A program made the position numbers and the translations under genes. This document shows, one piece after another, positions 17,099-33,400 of a DNA stretch of 64,000 nt. The notes beneath the pieces were generated by a model. The model saw only the letters and a list, made by a program, of their open reading frames with translations. It had not been told where the DNA came from and made no database searches. This stretch comes from the human T2T-CHM13v2.0 reference genome, Homo sapiens: assembly GCF_009914755.1 (NCBI RefSeq), contig NC_060927.1, one strand, 5' to 3'. The number at the start of each line of letters is the position of its first letter. Position 1 is the stretch's first letter.

Positions 17099-17349
17099 AT
17101 GAAATATCAAAGTTCACAACTATATATTATATACTGTACATAAAATATCAAAGTACCCAAGGTATATATTCTATACTGTACAAAAAATATCAAAGTACAC
17201 AAAGCATGTATTATATACTGTACATAAAATATGAAATTACATCAAATATATATTATATTAGGTACACAAAATATGAAAGTACATCAAATATAGATTATAT
17301 ACTGTACATAAAATATCAAAGTACCCCAAATATATATTATATACTGTAC
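17099..17349 (+). repeat. 6-mer variant HOR (251 bp; m4-m6 missing, 1-bp deletion in m1)
   Basis: 17099->17350 = 251 = 6x42-1, followed by the variant start CATGTAATATC. The same structure occurs at 24786-25036 and 29505-29755. Confidence 0.88.
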
Positions 17350-18104
17350 ATGTAATATCAAAGTTCACAACTATATATTACATACTGTACATAAAATATC
17401 AAAGTACCCAAGGTATATATTCTATACTGTACAAAAAATATCAAAGTACCCAAAGCATGTATTATATACTGTACATAAAATATGAAAGTACATCAAATAT
17501 ATATTTTATTCTGTACATAAAATATCAAAGTACACCAGATATATATTCTATAGTGTATATAAAATAGCAAAGTACCCAAACTATACATTATATACTGTAC
17601 ATAAAATATGAAATTACATCAAATATATATTATATTAGGTACATAAAATATGAAAGTACATGAAGTATAGATTATATACTGTACATAAAATATCAAAGTA
17701 CCCCAAATTTATATTATATACTATACATGAAATATCAAAGTTCACAAACTATATATTATATACTGTACATAAAATATCAAAGTACCCAAGGTATATATTC
17801 TATAGTGTACAAAAAATATCAAAGTACCCAAAGCATGTATTATATACCGTACATAAAATATAAAATTACATCAAATATATATTTTATTCTGTACATAAAA
17901 TATCAAAGTACACCAGATATATATTCTATAGAGTACATAAAATATCAAAGTACCCAAACTATACATTACATACTGTACATAAAATATGAAATTACATCAA
18001 ATATATATTATAATAGGTACATAAAATATGAAAGTACATCAAATATAGATTATATACTGTACATTAAATACGAAAGTACCCCAAATATATATTTTATACT
18101 GTAC

Positions 18105-18440
18105 ATGAAATATCAAAGTACCCAAGGTATATATTCTATACTGTACAAAAAATATCAAAGTACCCAAAGCATGTATTACAAACTGTACATAAAATATGAA
18201 AGTCCATCAAATATATATTTTATTCTGTACATAAAATATCAAAGTACACCAGATATATATTCTATAGTGAACATAAAATATCAAAGTACCCAAACTATAC
18301 ATTATATACTGTACATAAAATATGAAATTACATCAAATATATATTATATTAGGTAAATAAAATATGAAAGTACATCAAATATAGATTATATACTGTACAT
18401 TAAGTACCAAAGTACCCCAAATATATATTTTATACTGTAC
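18105..18440 (+). repeat. 8-mer variant HOR (336 bp; m1/m2 fusion)
   Basis: CATGAAATATCAAAGTACCCAAGG joins the m1 start to the m2 body. 18105->18441 = 336. Also at 30511-30846 and, with the 5-bp deletion (331 bp), at 25792-26122. Confidence 0.88.
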
Positions 18441-21400
18441 ATGAAATATCAAAGTTCACAAACTATATATTATATACTGTACATAAAATATGAAAGTACC
18501 CAACGTATATACTCTATACTGTACAAAAAATATCAAAGTACCCAAAGCATGTATTATATACTGTACATAAAGTAAGAAAGTACATCAAATATATATTTTA
18601 TTCTGTACATAAAATATCAAGGTACACCAGATATATATTCTATAGTGTACATAAAATATCAAAGTACCCAAACTATAAATTATATACTGTACATAAAATA
18701 TGAAATTACATCAAATATATATTATATTAGGTACATAAAATATGAAAGTACATCAAATATAGATTATATACTCTACATTAAATACCAAAGTACCCCAAAT
18801 ATATGTTTTATACTGTACATGAAATATCAAAGTTCACAAAGTATATATTATATACTGTACATAAAATATCAAAGTACCCAAGGTATATATTCTATACTGT
18901 ACAAAAGATATCAAAGTACCCAAAGCATGTATTATATACTGTACATAAAATATGAAAGTACATCATATATATATTTTATTCTGTACATAAAATATTAAAG
19001 TACACCAGATATATATTCTATAGTGTACATAAAATATCAAAGTACCCAAACTATACATTATATACTGTACATAAAATATGAAATTACATCAAATATATAT
19101 TAAGTACATAAAATATGAAAGTACATCAAATATAGATTATATACTGTACATAAAATATCAATGTACACCAAATATATATTATATACTCTACATGAAATAT
19201 CAAAGTTCACAAACTATATATTATATACTGTCCATAAAATATCAAAGTACCCAAGGTATATATTCTATACTGTACAAAAAATATCAAAGTAAACAAAGCA
19301 TGTATTATATACTGTACCTAAAATATGAAAGTACATCAAATATATATTTTATTCTGTACATAAAATATCAAAGTACACCAGATATATATTCTATAGTGTA
19401 TATAAAATATCAAAGTACCCAAACTATACATTATATACTGTACATAAAATATGAAATTACATCAAATATATATTATATTAGGTACATAAAATATGAAAGT
19501 ACATGAGTATAGATTATATACTGTACATAAAATATCAAAGTACCCCAAATTTATATTATATACTATACATGAAATATCAAAGTTCACAAACTATATATTA
19601 TATACTGTACATAAAATATCAAAGTACCCAAGGTATATATTGTATAGTGTACAAAAAATATCAAAGTACGCAAAGCATGTATTATATACCGTACATAAAA
19701 TATAAAATTACATCAAATATATATTTTATTCTGTACATAAAATATCAAAGTACACCAGATATATATACTATAGTGTACATAAAATATCAAAGTACCCACA
19801 CTATACATCATACACTGCACATAAAATATGAAATTACATCAAATATATATTAGGTACATAAAATATGAAAGTACATCAAATATAGATTATATACTGTAAA
19901 TATAATATCAATGTACCCCAAATATATATTTTATACTCTACATGAAATATCAAAGTTCACAAACCATATATTATATACTGTACATAAAATATCAAAGTAC
20001 CCAAGTTATATATTCTATACTGTACAAAAAATATCAAAGTACCCAAAGCATGTATTATATACTGTACATAAAATATGAAAGTACATCAAATATATATTTT
20101 ATTCTGTACATAAAATATCAAAGTACACTAGATATATATTCTATAGTGTACATAAAACATCAAAATACCCAAACTATACATTATATACTGTACATAAAAT
20201 ATGAGATTACATCAAATATATATTATATTAGGTACATAAAATATGAAAGTACATCAAATATAGATTATATACTGTACATAAAATATCAAAGTACCCCGAA
20301 TATATATTATATACTCTACATGAAATATCAAAGTTCACAAACTATATATTATATACTGTACATAAAATATCAAAGTACCCAAGGTATATATTCTATACTG
20401 TACAAAAAATATCAAAGTACCCAAAGCATGTATTATATACTGTATATAAAATAAGAAATACATTAAATATATATTTTATTCTGTACATAAAATATCAAAG
20501 TACACCAGATATATATTCTATAGTGTACATAAAATAACAATGTACACAAACTATAAATTATATACTGTACATAAAATATGAAATTACATCAAATATATAT
20601 TAGGTACATAAAATATGAAAGTACATCAAATATAGATTATATACTGAACATATAATATCAATGTACCCCAAATATATATTTGATACTCTACATGAAATAT
20701 CAAAGTTCAGAAACCATACATTATATACTGTACATAAAATATCAAAGTACCCAAGGTATATATTCTATACTGTACAAAAAATATCAAAGTACCCAAAGCA
20801 TGTATTATATACTGTAGATAATATATGAAAGTACATCAAATATATATTTTATTCTGTACATAAAATATCAAAGTACACCAGATATATATTCTATAGTGTA
20901 CATAAAATATCAAAGTACCCAAACTATACATTATATACTGTAGATAAAATATGAAATTACATCAAATATATATTAGGTACATAAAATATGAAAGTACATC
21001 AAATAGATATTTTATTCTGTACATAAAATATCAAAGTACACCAGATATATATTCTATAGTGTACATAAAATAACAAAGTACACAAACTATAAATTATATA
21101 CTGTACATAAAATATGAAATTACATCAAATATATATTAGGTACATAAAATATGAAAGTATATCAAATATAGATTATATACTGTACATATAATATCAATGT
21201 ACCTGAAATATATATTTTATACTCTACATGAAATATCAAAGTTCACAAACCATATATAGTATACTGCACATAAAATATCAAAATTCCCAAGGTATATATT
21301 CTATACTGTACAAAAAATATCAAAGTACCCAAAGCAGGTATTATATACTGTATATAAAATATGAAAGTACATCAAATATATATTTTATTCTGTACATAAT

Positions 21401-24400
21401 ATATCAAAGTACACCAGATATATATTCTATAGTGTACATAAAATATCAAGGTACCCAAACTATACATTATATACTGTACATAAAATATGAAATTACATCA
21501 AATATATATTATATTAGGTACATAAAATACGAAAGTACATCAAATATAGATTATATACTGTACATAAAATATCAAAGTACCCCAATATATATTATATACT
21601 GTACATGAAATATCAAAGTTCACAAACTATATATTATGTACTGTACATAAAATATCAAAGTACCCAAGGTATATATTCTATACTGTACAAAAAATATCAA
21701 AGTACCCAAAGCATGTATTATATAATGTACATAAAATATGAAAGTACATCAAATATATATTTTATTCTGTACATAAAATATCAAAGAACACCAGATATAT
21801 ATTCTATAGTGTACATAAAATATCAAAGTACCCAAACTATACATTATATACTGTACATAAAATATGAAATTACATCATATACATATTAGGTACATAAAAT
21901 ATGAAAGTACATCAAATATATATTTTATTCTGTACATAAAATATCAAAGTACACCAGATATATATTCTATATTGTACATAAAATAACAAAGTACACAAAC
22001 TATAAATTATATACTGTACATAAAATATGAAATTACATCAAATATATATTATATTAGGTACATAAAATATGAAAGTACATCAAATATAGATTATATACTG
22101 TAAATATAATATTAATGTACCCCAAATATATATTTTATACTCTACATGAAATATCAAAGTTCACAAACCATATATTATATACTGTACATAAAATATCAAA
22201 GTACCCAAGGTATATATTCTATACTGTACAAAAAATATGAAAGTACCCAAAGCATGTATTATATACTGTACATAAAATATGAAAGTACATCAAATATATA
22301 TTTTATTCTGTACATAAAATATCAAAGTACACCAGATATATATTCTGTAGTGTACATAAAATAACAAAGTACACAAACTATAAATTATATAATGTACATA
22401 AAATATGAAATTACATCAAATATATATTAGGTACATAAAATATGAAAGTACATCAAATATAGATTATATACTGTACATATAATATCAATGTACCCGAAAT
22501 ATATATTTTATACTCTACATCTAATATCAAAGTTCACAAACCATATATTGTATACTGCACATAAAATATCAAAATACCCAAGGTATATATTCTATACTGT
22601 ACAAAAAATATCAAAGTACCCAAAGCAGGTATTATATACTGTACATAAAATATGAAAGTACATCAAATATATATTTTATTCTGTACATAAAATATCAAAG
22701 TACACCAGATATATATTCTATAGCGTACATAAAATATCAAAGTACACAAACTATACATTATATACTGTACATAAAATATGAAATTACATCAAATTTATAT
22801 TATATTAGGTACATAAAATATGAAAGTACATCAAATATAGATTATATACTGTACATTAAATACCAAAGTACCCCAAATATATATTTTATACTGAACATGA
22901 AATTTCAAAGTTCACAAACTATATATTATATACTGTACATAAAATATCAAAGTACCCAAGGTATATATTCTATACTGTGCAAAAAATATCAAAGTACCCA
23001 AAGCATGTATTATATACTGTATATAAAATATGAAAGTACATCAAATACATATTTTATTCTGTACATAAAATATCAAAGTACACCAGATATATATTCTATA
23101 GTGTACATAAAATATCAAAGTACCCAAACTATACATTATATACTGTACATAAAATATGAAATTACATCAAATATATATTATATTAGGTACATAAAATACG
23201 AAAGTACATCAAATATAGATTATATACTGTACATAAAATATCAAAGTACCCCAATATATATTATATACTGTACATGAAATATCAAAGTTCACAAACTATA
23301 TATTATGTACTGTATATAAAATATCAAAGTACCCAAGGTATATATTCTATACTGTACAAAAAATATCAAAGTACCCAAAGCATGTATTATATAATGTACA
23401 TAAAATACGAAAGTACATCAAATATATATTTTATTCTGTACATAAAATATCAAAGAACACCAGATATATATTCTATAGTGTACATAAAATATCAAAGTAC
23501 CCAAACTATACATTATATACTGTACATAAAATATGAAATTACATCATATATATATTATATTAGGTACATAAAATATGAAAGTACATCAAATATAGATTAT
23601 ATACTGTACATTAAGTACCAAAGTACACCAAATATATATTTTATACTGTACATGAAATATCAAAGTTCACAAACTATATATTATATACTGTACATAAAAT
23701 ATCAAAGTACCCAAGGTATATATTCTATACTGTACAAAAAATATCAAAGTACCCAAAGCATGTATTATAAACTGTAAATAAAATATGAAAGTACATCAAA
23801 TATATATTTTATTCTGTACATAAAATATCAAAGTACACCAGATATATATTCTATAGTGTACATAAAATATCAAAGTACCCAAACTATACATTATATACTG
23901 TACATAAAATATGAAATTACATCAAATATATATTATATTAGGTACATAAAATATGAAAGTACATCAAATATAGATTATATACTGTACATAAAATATCAAA
24001 GTACCCCAAATATATATTTTATACTCTACATGAAATATCAAAGTTCACAAACCATACATCATATACTTTCCATAAAATATCAAAGTACCCATGGCATATA
24101 TTCTATACTGTACAAAAGATATCAAAGTACCCAAAGCATGTATTATATACTGTACATAAAATATGAAAGTACATCAAATATATATTTTATTCTGTACATA
24201 AAATATCAAATTACACCAGATATATATTCTATAGTGTACATAAAATTTCAAAGTACCCAAACTATATATTATATACTGTACATAAAATATGAAATTACAT
24301 CAAATATGTATTATATTAGGTACATAAAATATGAAAGTACATCAAATATATATTATATACCGTACATAAAATATCAAAGTACCCCAAATATATATTATAT

Positions 24401-27400
24401 ACTATACATGAAATATCAAATATCACAAACTATATATTATATACTGTACATAAAATATCAAAGTACCCAATGTATATATTCTATAGTGTACAAAAAATAT
24501 CAAAGTACCCAAAGCATGTATTATATACTGTACATAAAATATAAAAGTACATCAAATATATATTTTATTCTGTACATAAAATATGAAAGTACACCAGATA
24601 TATATTCTATAGTGTACATAAAATATCAAAGTACCCAAACTATACATTATATACTGTACATAAAATATGAAATTACATCAAATATATATTATATTAGGTA
24701 CTTAAAATATGAAAGTACATCAAATATAGATTATATACTGTACATAAAATATCAAAGTACCCGAAATATATATTATATACTGTACATGAAATATCAAAGT
24801 TCACAACTATATATTATATACTGTACATAAAATATCAAAGTCCCCAAGGTATATATTCTATACTGTACAAAAAATATCAAAGTACACAAAGCATGTATTA
24901 TATACTGTACATAAAATATGAAATTACATCAAATATATATTATATTAGGTACATAAAATATGAAAGTACATCAAATATAGATTGTATACTGTACATAAAA
25001 TATCAAAGTACCCCAAATATATATTATATACTGTACATGTAATATCAAAGTTCACAACTATATATTACATACTGTACATAAAATATCAAAGTACCCAAGG
25101 TATATATTCTATACTGTACAAAAAATATCAAAGTACCCAAAGCATGTATTATATACTGTACATAAAATATGAAAGTACATCAAATATATATTTTATTCTG
25201 TACATAAAATATCAAAGTACACCAGATATATATTCTATAGTGTATATAAAATAGCAAAGTACCCAAACTATACATTATATACTGTACATAAAATATGAAA
25301 TTACATCAAATATATATTATATTAGGTACATAAAATATGAAAGTACATGAAGTATAGATTATATACTGTACATAAAATATCAAAGTACCCCAAATTTATA
25401 TTATATACTATACATGAAATATCAAAGTTCACAAACTATATATTATATACTGTACATAAAATATCAAAGTACCCAAGGTATATATTCTATAGTGTACAAA
25501 AAATATCAAAGTACCCAAAGCATGTATTATATACCGTACATAAAATATAAAATTACAACAAATATATATTTTATTCTGTACATAAAATATCAAAGTACAC
25601 CAGATATATATTCTATAGAGTACATAAAATATCAAAGTACCCAAACTATACATTACATACTGTACATAAAATATGAAATTACATCAAATATATATTATAA
25701 TAGGTACATAAAATATGAAAGTACATCAAATATAGATTATATACTGTACATTAAATACGAAAGTACCCCAAATATATATTTTATACTGTACATGAAATAT
25801 CAAAGTACCCAAGGTATATATTCTATACTGTACAAAAAATATCAAAGTACCCAAAGCATGTATTACAAACTGTACATAAAATATGAAAGTCCATCAAATA
25901 TATATTTTATTCTGTACATAAAATATCAAAGTACACCAGATATATATTCTATAGTGTACATAAAATATCAAAGTACCCAAACTATACATTATATACTGTA
26001 CATAAAATATGAAATTACATCAAATATATATTAGGTACATAAAATATGAAAGTACATCAAATATAGATTATATACTGTACATTAAGTACCAAAGTACCCC
26101 AAATATATATTATATACTCTACATGAAATATCAAAGTTCACAAACTATATATTATATACTGTACATAAAATATCAAAGTACCCAAGGTATATATTCTATA
26201 CTGTACAAAAAATATCAAGGTACCCAAAGCATGTATTATATACTGTACATAAAATATGAAAGTACATCAAATATATATTTTATTCTGTACATAAAATATC
26301 AAAGTACACCAGATATATATTCTATAGTGTACATAAAATAACAAAGTACCCAAACTATACATTATATACTGTACATAAAATATGAAATTACATCAAATAT
26401 ATATTAGGTACATAAAATATGAAAGAACATCAAACATAGATTATATACTGTACAAAAAATATCAAAGTACCCCAAATATATATTATATACTCTACATGAA
26501 ATATCAAATTTCACAAACCATATATTATATACTGTACATAAAATATCAAAGTACCCAAGGTATATATTCTATACTGTACAAAAAATATCAAAGTACCCAA
26601 AGCATGTATTATATACTGTATATAAAATATGAAAGTACATCAAATATATATTTTATTCTGTACATAAAATATCAAAGTACACCAGATATATATTCTATAG
26701 TGTACATAAAATAACAAAGTACACAAACTATAAATTATATACTGTACATAAAATATGAAATTACATCAAATATATATTAGGTACATAAAATATGAAAGTA
26801 CATCAAATATAGATTATATACTGTACATATAATATCAATGTACCCGAAATATATATTTTATACTCTACATGAAATATCAAAGTTCACAAACCATATATTA
26901 TATACTGTGCATAAAATATCAAAGTACCCAAGGTATATATTCTATACTGTACAAAAAATATCAAAGTACCCAAAGCATGTATTATATACTGTAGATAAAA
27001 TATGAAATTACATCAAATATATATTTTATTCTGTACATAAAATATCAAAGTACACCAGATATATATTCTATAGTGTACATAAAATATCAAAGTACCCAAA
27101 CTATACATTATATACTGTACATAAAATGTGAAATTACATCAAATATATATTATATTAGGTACATAAAATATGAAAGTACATCAAATATAGATTATATACT
27201 GTACATTAAATACCAATATACCCCAAATATATATTTTACACTGTACATGAAATATCAAAGTTCACACACTATATATTATATACTGTACATAAAATATCAA
27301 AGTACCCAAGGTATATATTCTATACTGTACAAAAGATATCAAAGTACCCAAAGCATGTATTATATACTGTACATAAAATATGAAAGTACATCAAATATAT

Positions 27401-30400
27401 ATTTTATTCTGTACATAAAATATCAAAGTACACCAGATATATATTCTATAGTGTACATAAAATATCAAAGTACTCAAACTATACATTATATACTGTACAT
27501 AAAATATGAAATTACATCAAATATATATTATATTAGGTACATAAAATAAGAAAGTACATCAAATATAGATTATATACTGTACATAAAATATCAAAGTACC
27601 CCAAATATATATTATATACTCTACATGAAATATCAAAGTTCACAAACTATATATTATATACTGTACATAAAATATCAAAGTACCCAAGGTATATATTCTA
27701 TACTGTACAAAAAATATCAAAGTATCCAAAGCATGTTTTATATACTGTATATAAAATATGAAAGTACATTAAAGATATATTTTATTCTGTACATAAAATA
27801 TCAAAATACACCAGATATATATTCTATAGTGTACATAAAATAACAAAGTACACAAACTATAAATTATATACTGTACATAAAATATGAAATTACATCAAAT
27901 ATATATTAGGTACATAAAATATGAAAGTACATCAAATATAGATTATATACTGTACATATAATATCAATGTACCCCAAATATATATTTTATACTCTACATG
28001 AAATATCAAAGTTCACAAACCATACATTATATACTGTACATAAAATATCAAAGTACCCAAGTTATATATTCTATACTGTACAAAAGATATCAAAGTACCC
28101 AAAGCATGTATTATATACTGTATATAAAATATGAAAGTACATCAAATATATATTATATACTGTACATAAAATATCAAAGTACACCAGATATATATTTTAT
28201 AGTGTACATAAAATATCAAAGTACCCAAACTATACATTATATACTGTACATAAAATATGAGATTACATCAAATATATATTATATTAGGTACATAAAATAT
28301 GAAAGTACATCAGATATAGATTATATACTGTACATAAAATATCAAAGTACCCCAAATATATATTATATACTCTACATGAAATATCAAAGTTCACAAACTA
28401 TATATTATATACTGTACATAAAATATCAAAGTACCCAAGGTATATATTCTATACTGTACAAAAAATATCAAAATACCCAAAGCATGTATTATATACTGTA
28501 TATAAAATATGAAAATACATTAAATATATATTTTATTCTGTACATAAAATATCAAAGTACACCAGATATATATTCTATAGTGTACATAAAATAACAAAGT
28601 ACACAAACTATAAATTATATACTGTACGTAAAATATGAAATTACATCAAATATATATTAGGTACATAAAATATGAAAGTACATCAAATATAGATTATATA
28701 CTGTACATATAATATCAATGTACTCCAAATATATATTTTATACTCTACATGAAATATCAAAGTTCAGAAACCATACATTATATACTTTCCATAAAATATC
28801 AAAGTACCCATGGCATATATTCTATACTGTACAAAAGATATCAAAGTACCCAAATCATGTATTATATACTGTACATAAAATATGAAAGTACATCAAATAT
28901 ATATTTTATTCTGTACATAAAATATGAAAGTACATCAGATATATATTCTATAGTGTACATAAAATATCAAAGTACCCAAACTATATATTATATACTGTAC
29001 ATAAAATATGAAATTACATCAAATATGTATTATATTAGGTACATAAAATATGAAAGTACATCAAATATAGATTATATACCATACATAAAATATCAAAGTA
29101 CCCCAAATATATATTATATACTATACATGAAATATCAAATATCACAAACTATATATTATATACTGTACATAAAATATCAAAGTACCCAATGTATATATTC
29201 TATAGTGTACAAAAAATATCAAAGTACCCAAAGCATGTATTATATACTGTACATAAAATATAAAAGTACATCAAATATATATTTTATTCTGTACATAAAA
29301 TATGAAAGTACACCAGATATATATTCTATAGTGTACATAAAATATCAAAGTACCCAAACTATACATTATATACTGTACATAAAATATGAAATTACATCAA
29401 ATATATATTATATTAGGTACTTAAAATATGAAAGTACATCAAATATAGATTATATACTGTACATAAAATATCAAAGTACCCCAAATATATATTATATACT
29501 GTACATGAAATATCAAAGTTCACAACTATATATTATATACTGTACATAAAATATCAAAGTCCCCAAGGTATATATTCTATACTGTACAAAAAATATCAAA
29601 GTACACAAAGCATGTATTATATACTGTACATAAAATATGAAATTACATCAAATATATATTATATTAGGTACATAAAATATGAAAGTACATCAAATATAGA
29701 TTATATACTGTACATAAAATATCAAAGTACCCCAAATATATATTATATACTGTACATGTAATATCAAAGTTCACAACTATATATTACATACTGTACATAA
29801 AATATCAAAGTACCCAAGGTATATATTCTATACTGTACAAAAAATATCAAAGTACCCAAAGCATGTATTATATACTGTACATAAAATATGAAAGTACATC
29901 AAATATATATTTTATTCTGTACATAAAATATCAAAGTACACCAGATATATATTCTATAGTGTATATAAAATATCAAAGTACCCAAACTATACATTATATA
30001 CTGTACATAAAATATGAAATTACATCAAATATATATTATATTAGGTACATAAAATATGAAAGTACATGAAGTATAGATTATATACTGTACATAAAATATC
30101 AAAGTACCCCAAATTTATATTATATACTATACATGAAATATCAAAGTTCACAAACTATATATTATATACTGTACATAAAATATCAAAGTACCCAAGGTAT
30201 ATATTCTATAGTGTACAAAAAATATCAAAGTACCCAAAGCATGTATTATATACCGTACATAAAATATAAAATTACATCAAATATATATTTTATTCTGTAC
30301 ATAAAATATCAAAGTACACCAGATATATATTCTATGGAGTACATAAAATATCAAAGTACCCAAAGTATACATTACATACTGTACATAAAATATGAAATTA

Positions 30401-33400
30401 TATCAAATATATATTATAATAGGTACATAAAATATGAAAGTACATCAAATATAGATTATATACTGTACATTAAATACGAAAGTACCCCAAATATATATTT
30501 TATACTGTACATGAAATATCAAAGTACCCAAGGTATATATTCTATACTGTACAAAAAATATCAAAGTACCCAAAGCATGTATTACAAACTGTACATAAAA
30601 TATGAAAGTCCATCAAATATATATTTTATTCTGTACATAAAATATCAAAGTACACCAGATATATATTCTATAGTGTACATAAAATATCAAAGTACCCAAA
30701 CTATACATTATATACTGTACATAAAATATGAAATTACATCAAATATATATTATATTAGGTACATAAAATATGAAAGTACATCAAATATAGATTATATACT
30801 GTACATTAAGTACCAAAGTACCCCAAATATATATTTTATACAGTACATGAAATATCAAAGTTCACAAACTATATATTATATACTGTACATAAAATATCAA
30901 AGTACCCAAGGTATATATTCTATACTGTACAAAAAATATCAAAGTACCCAAAGCATGTATTATATACTGTACATAAAGTATGAAAGTACATCAAATATAT
31001 ATTTTATTCTGTACATAAAATATCAAGGTACACCAGATATATATTCTATAGTGTACATAAAATATCAAAGTACCCAAACTATAAATTATATACTGTACAT
31101 AAAATATGAAATTACATCAAATATATATTATGTTAGGTACATAAAATATGAAAGTACATCAAATATAGATTATATACTCTACATTAAATACCAAAGTACC
31201 CCAAATATATATTTTATACTGTACATGAAATATCAAAGTTCACAAAGTATATATTATATACTGTACATAAAATATCAAAGTACCCAAGGTATATATTCTA
31301 TACTGTACAAAAGATATCAAAGTACCCAAAGCATGTATTATATACTGTACATAAAATATGAAAGTACATCATATATATATTTTATTCTCTACATAAAATA
31401 TTAAAGTACACCAGATATATATTCTATAGTGTACATAAAATATCAAAGTACCCAAACTATACATTATATACTGTACATAAAATATGAAATTACATCAAAT
31501 ATATATTAAGTACATAAAATATGAAAGTACATCAAATATAGATTATATACTGTACATAAAATATCAATGTACACCAAATATATATTATATACTCTACATG
31601 AAATATCAAAGTTCACAAACTATATATTATATACTGTCCATAAAATATCAAAGTACCCAAGGTATATATTCTATACTGTACAAAAAATATCAAAGTACCC
31701 AAAGCATGTATTATATACTGTACCTAAAATATGAAAGTACATCAAATATATATTTTATTCTGTACATAAAATATCAAAGTACACCAGATATATATTCTAT
31801 AGTGTATATAAAATATCAAAGTACCCAAACTATACATTATATACTGTACATAAAATATGAAATTACATCAAATATATATTATATTAGGTACATAAAATAT
31901 GAAAGTACATGAAGTATAGATTATATACTGTACATAAAATATCAAAGTACCCCAAATTTATATTATATACTATACATGAAATATCAAAGTTCACAAACTA
32001 TATATTATATACTGTACATAAAATATCAAAGTACCCAAGGTATATATTCTATAGTGTACAAAAAATATCAAAGTACCCAAAGCATGTATTATATACCGTA
32101 CATAAAATATAAAATTACATCAAATATATATTTTATTCTGTACATAAAATATCAAAGTACACCAGATATATATACTATAGTGTACATAAAATATCAAAGT
32201 ACCCAAACTATACATTATACACTGCACATAAAATATGAAATTACATCAAATATATATTAGGTACATAAAATATGAAAGTACATCAAATATAGATTATATA
32301 CTGTAAATATAATATCAATGTACCCCAAATATATATTTTATACTCTACATGAAATATCAAAGTTCACAAACCATATATTATATACTGTACATAAAATATC
32401 AAAGTACCCAAGGTATATATTCTATACTGTACAAAAAATATCAAAGTACCCAAAGCATGTATTATATACTGTACATAAAATATGAAAGTACATCAAATAT
32501 ATATTTTATTCTATACATAAAATATCAAAGTACACCAGATATATATTCTACAGTGTACATAAAATATCAAAGTACCCAAACTATACATTATATACTGTAC
32601 ATAAAATATGAAATTACATCAAATATATTTTATATTAGGTACATAAAATATGAAAGTACATCAAATATAGATTATATACTGTACATAAAATATCAAAGTA
32701 CCCCAAATATATATTATATACTCTACATGAAACATCAAAGTTCACAAACTATATATTATATACTGTACATAAAATATCAAAGTACCCAAGGTATATATTC
32801 TATACTGTACAAAAAATATCAAAGTACCCAAAGCATGTATAACAAACTGTACCTAAAATATGAAAGTACATCAAATATATATTTTATTCTGTACATAAAA
32901 TATCAAAGTACACCAGATATATATTCTATAGTGTACATAAAATATCAAAGTACCCAAACTATACATTATATACTGTACATAAAATATGAAATTACAGCAA
33001 ATATATATTATATTAGGTACATAAAATATGAAAGTACATCAAATATAGATTATATACTGTACATTAAATACCAAAGTACCCCAAATATATATTTTATACT
33101 GTACATGAAATATCAAAGTTCACAAACTATATATTATATACTGTACATAAAATATCAATGTACCCAAGGTATATATTCTATACTGCACAAAAAATATCAA
33201 AGTAACCAAAGCATGTATTATATACTGTATATAAAATATGAAAGTACATCAAATATATATTTTATTCTGTAAATAAAATATCAAAGTACACCAGATATAT
33301 ATTCTATAGTGTACATAAAATATCAAAGTACCCAAACTATACATTATATACTGTACATAAAATATGAAATTACATCAAATATATATTAGGTACATAAAAT

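Noticed and set aside
25429-25653. Only minus-strand ORF (74 aa), a possible inversion or antisense gene
   Set aside because: The sequence is in the same orientation as the rest of the array. A point variant (TACAACA at about 25556 instead of TACATCA) removes a minus-strand TGA.
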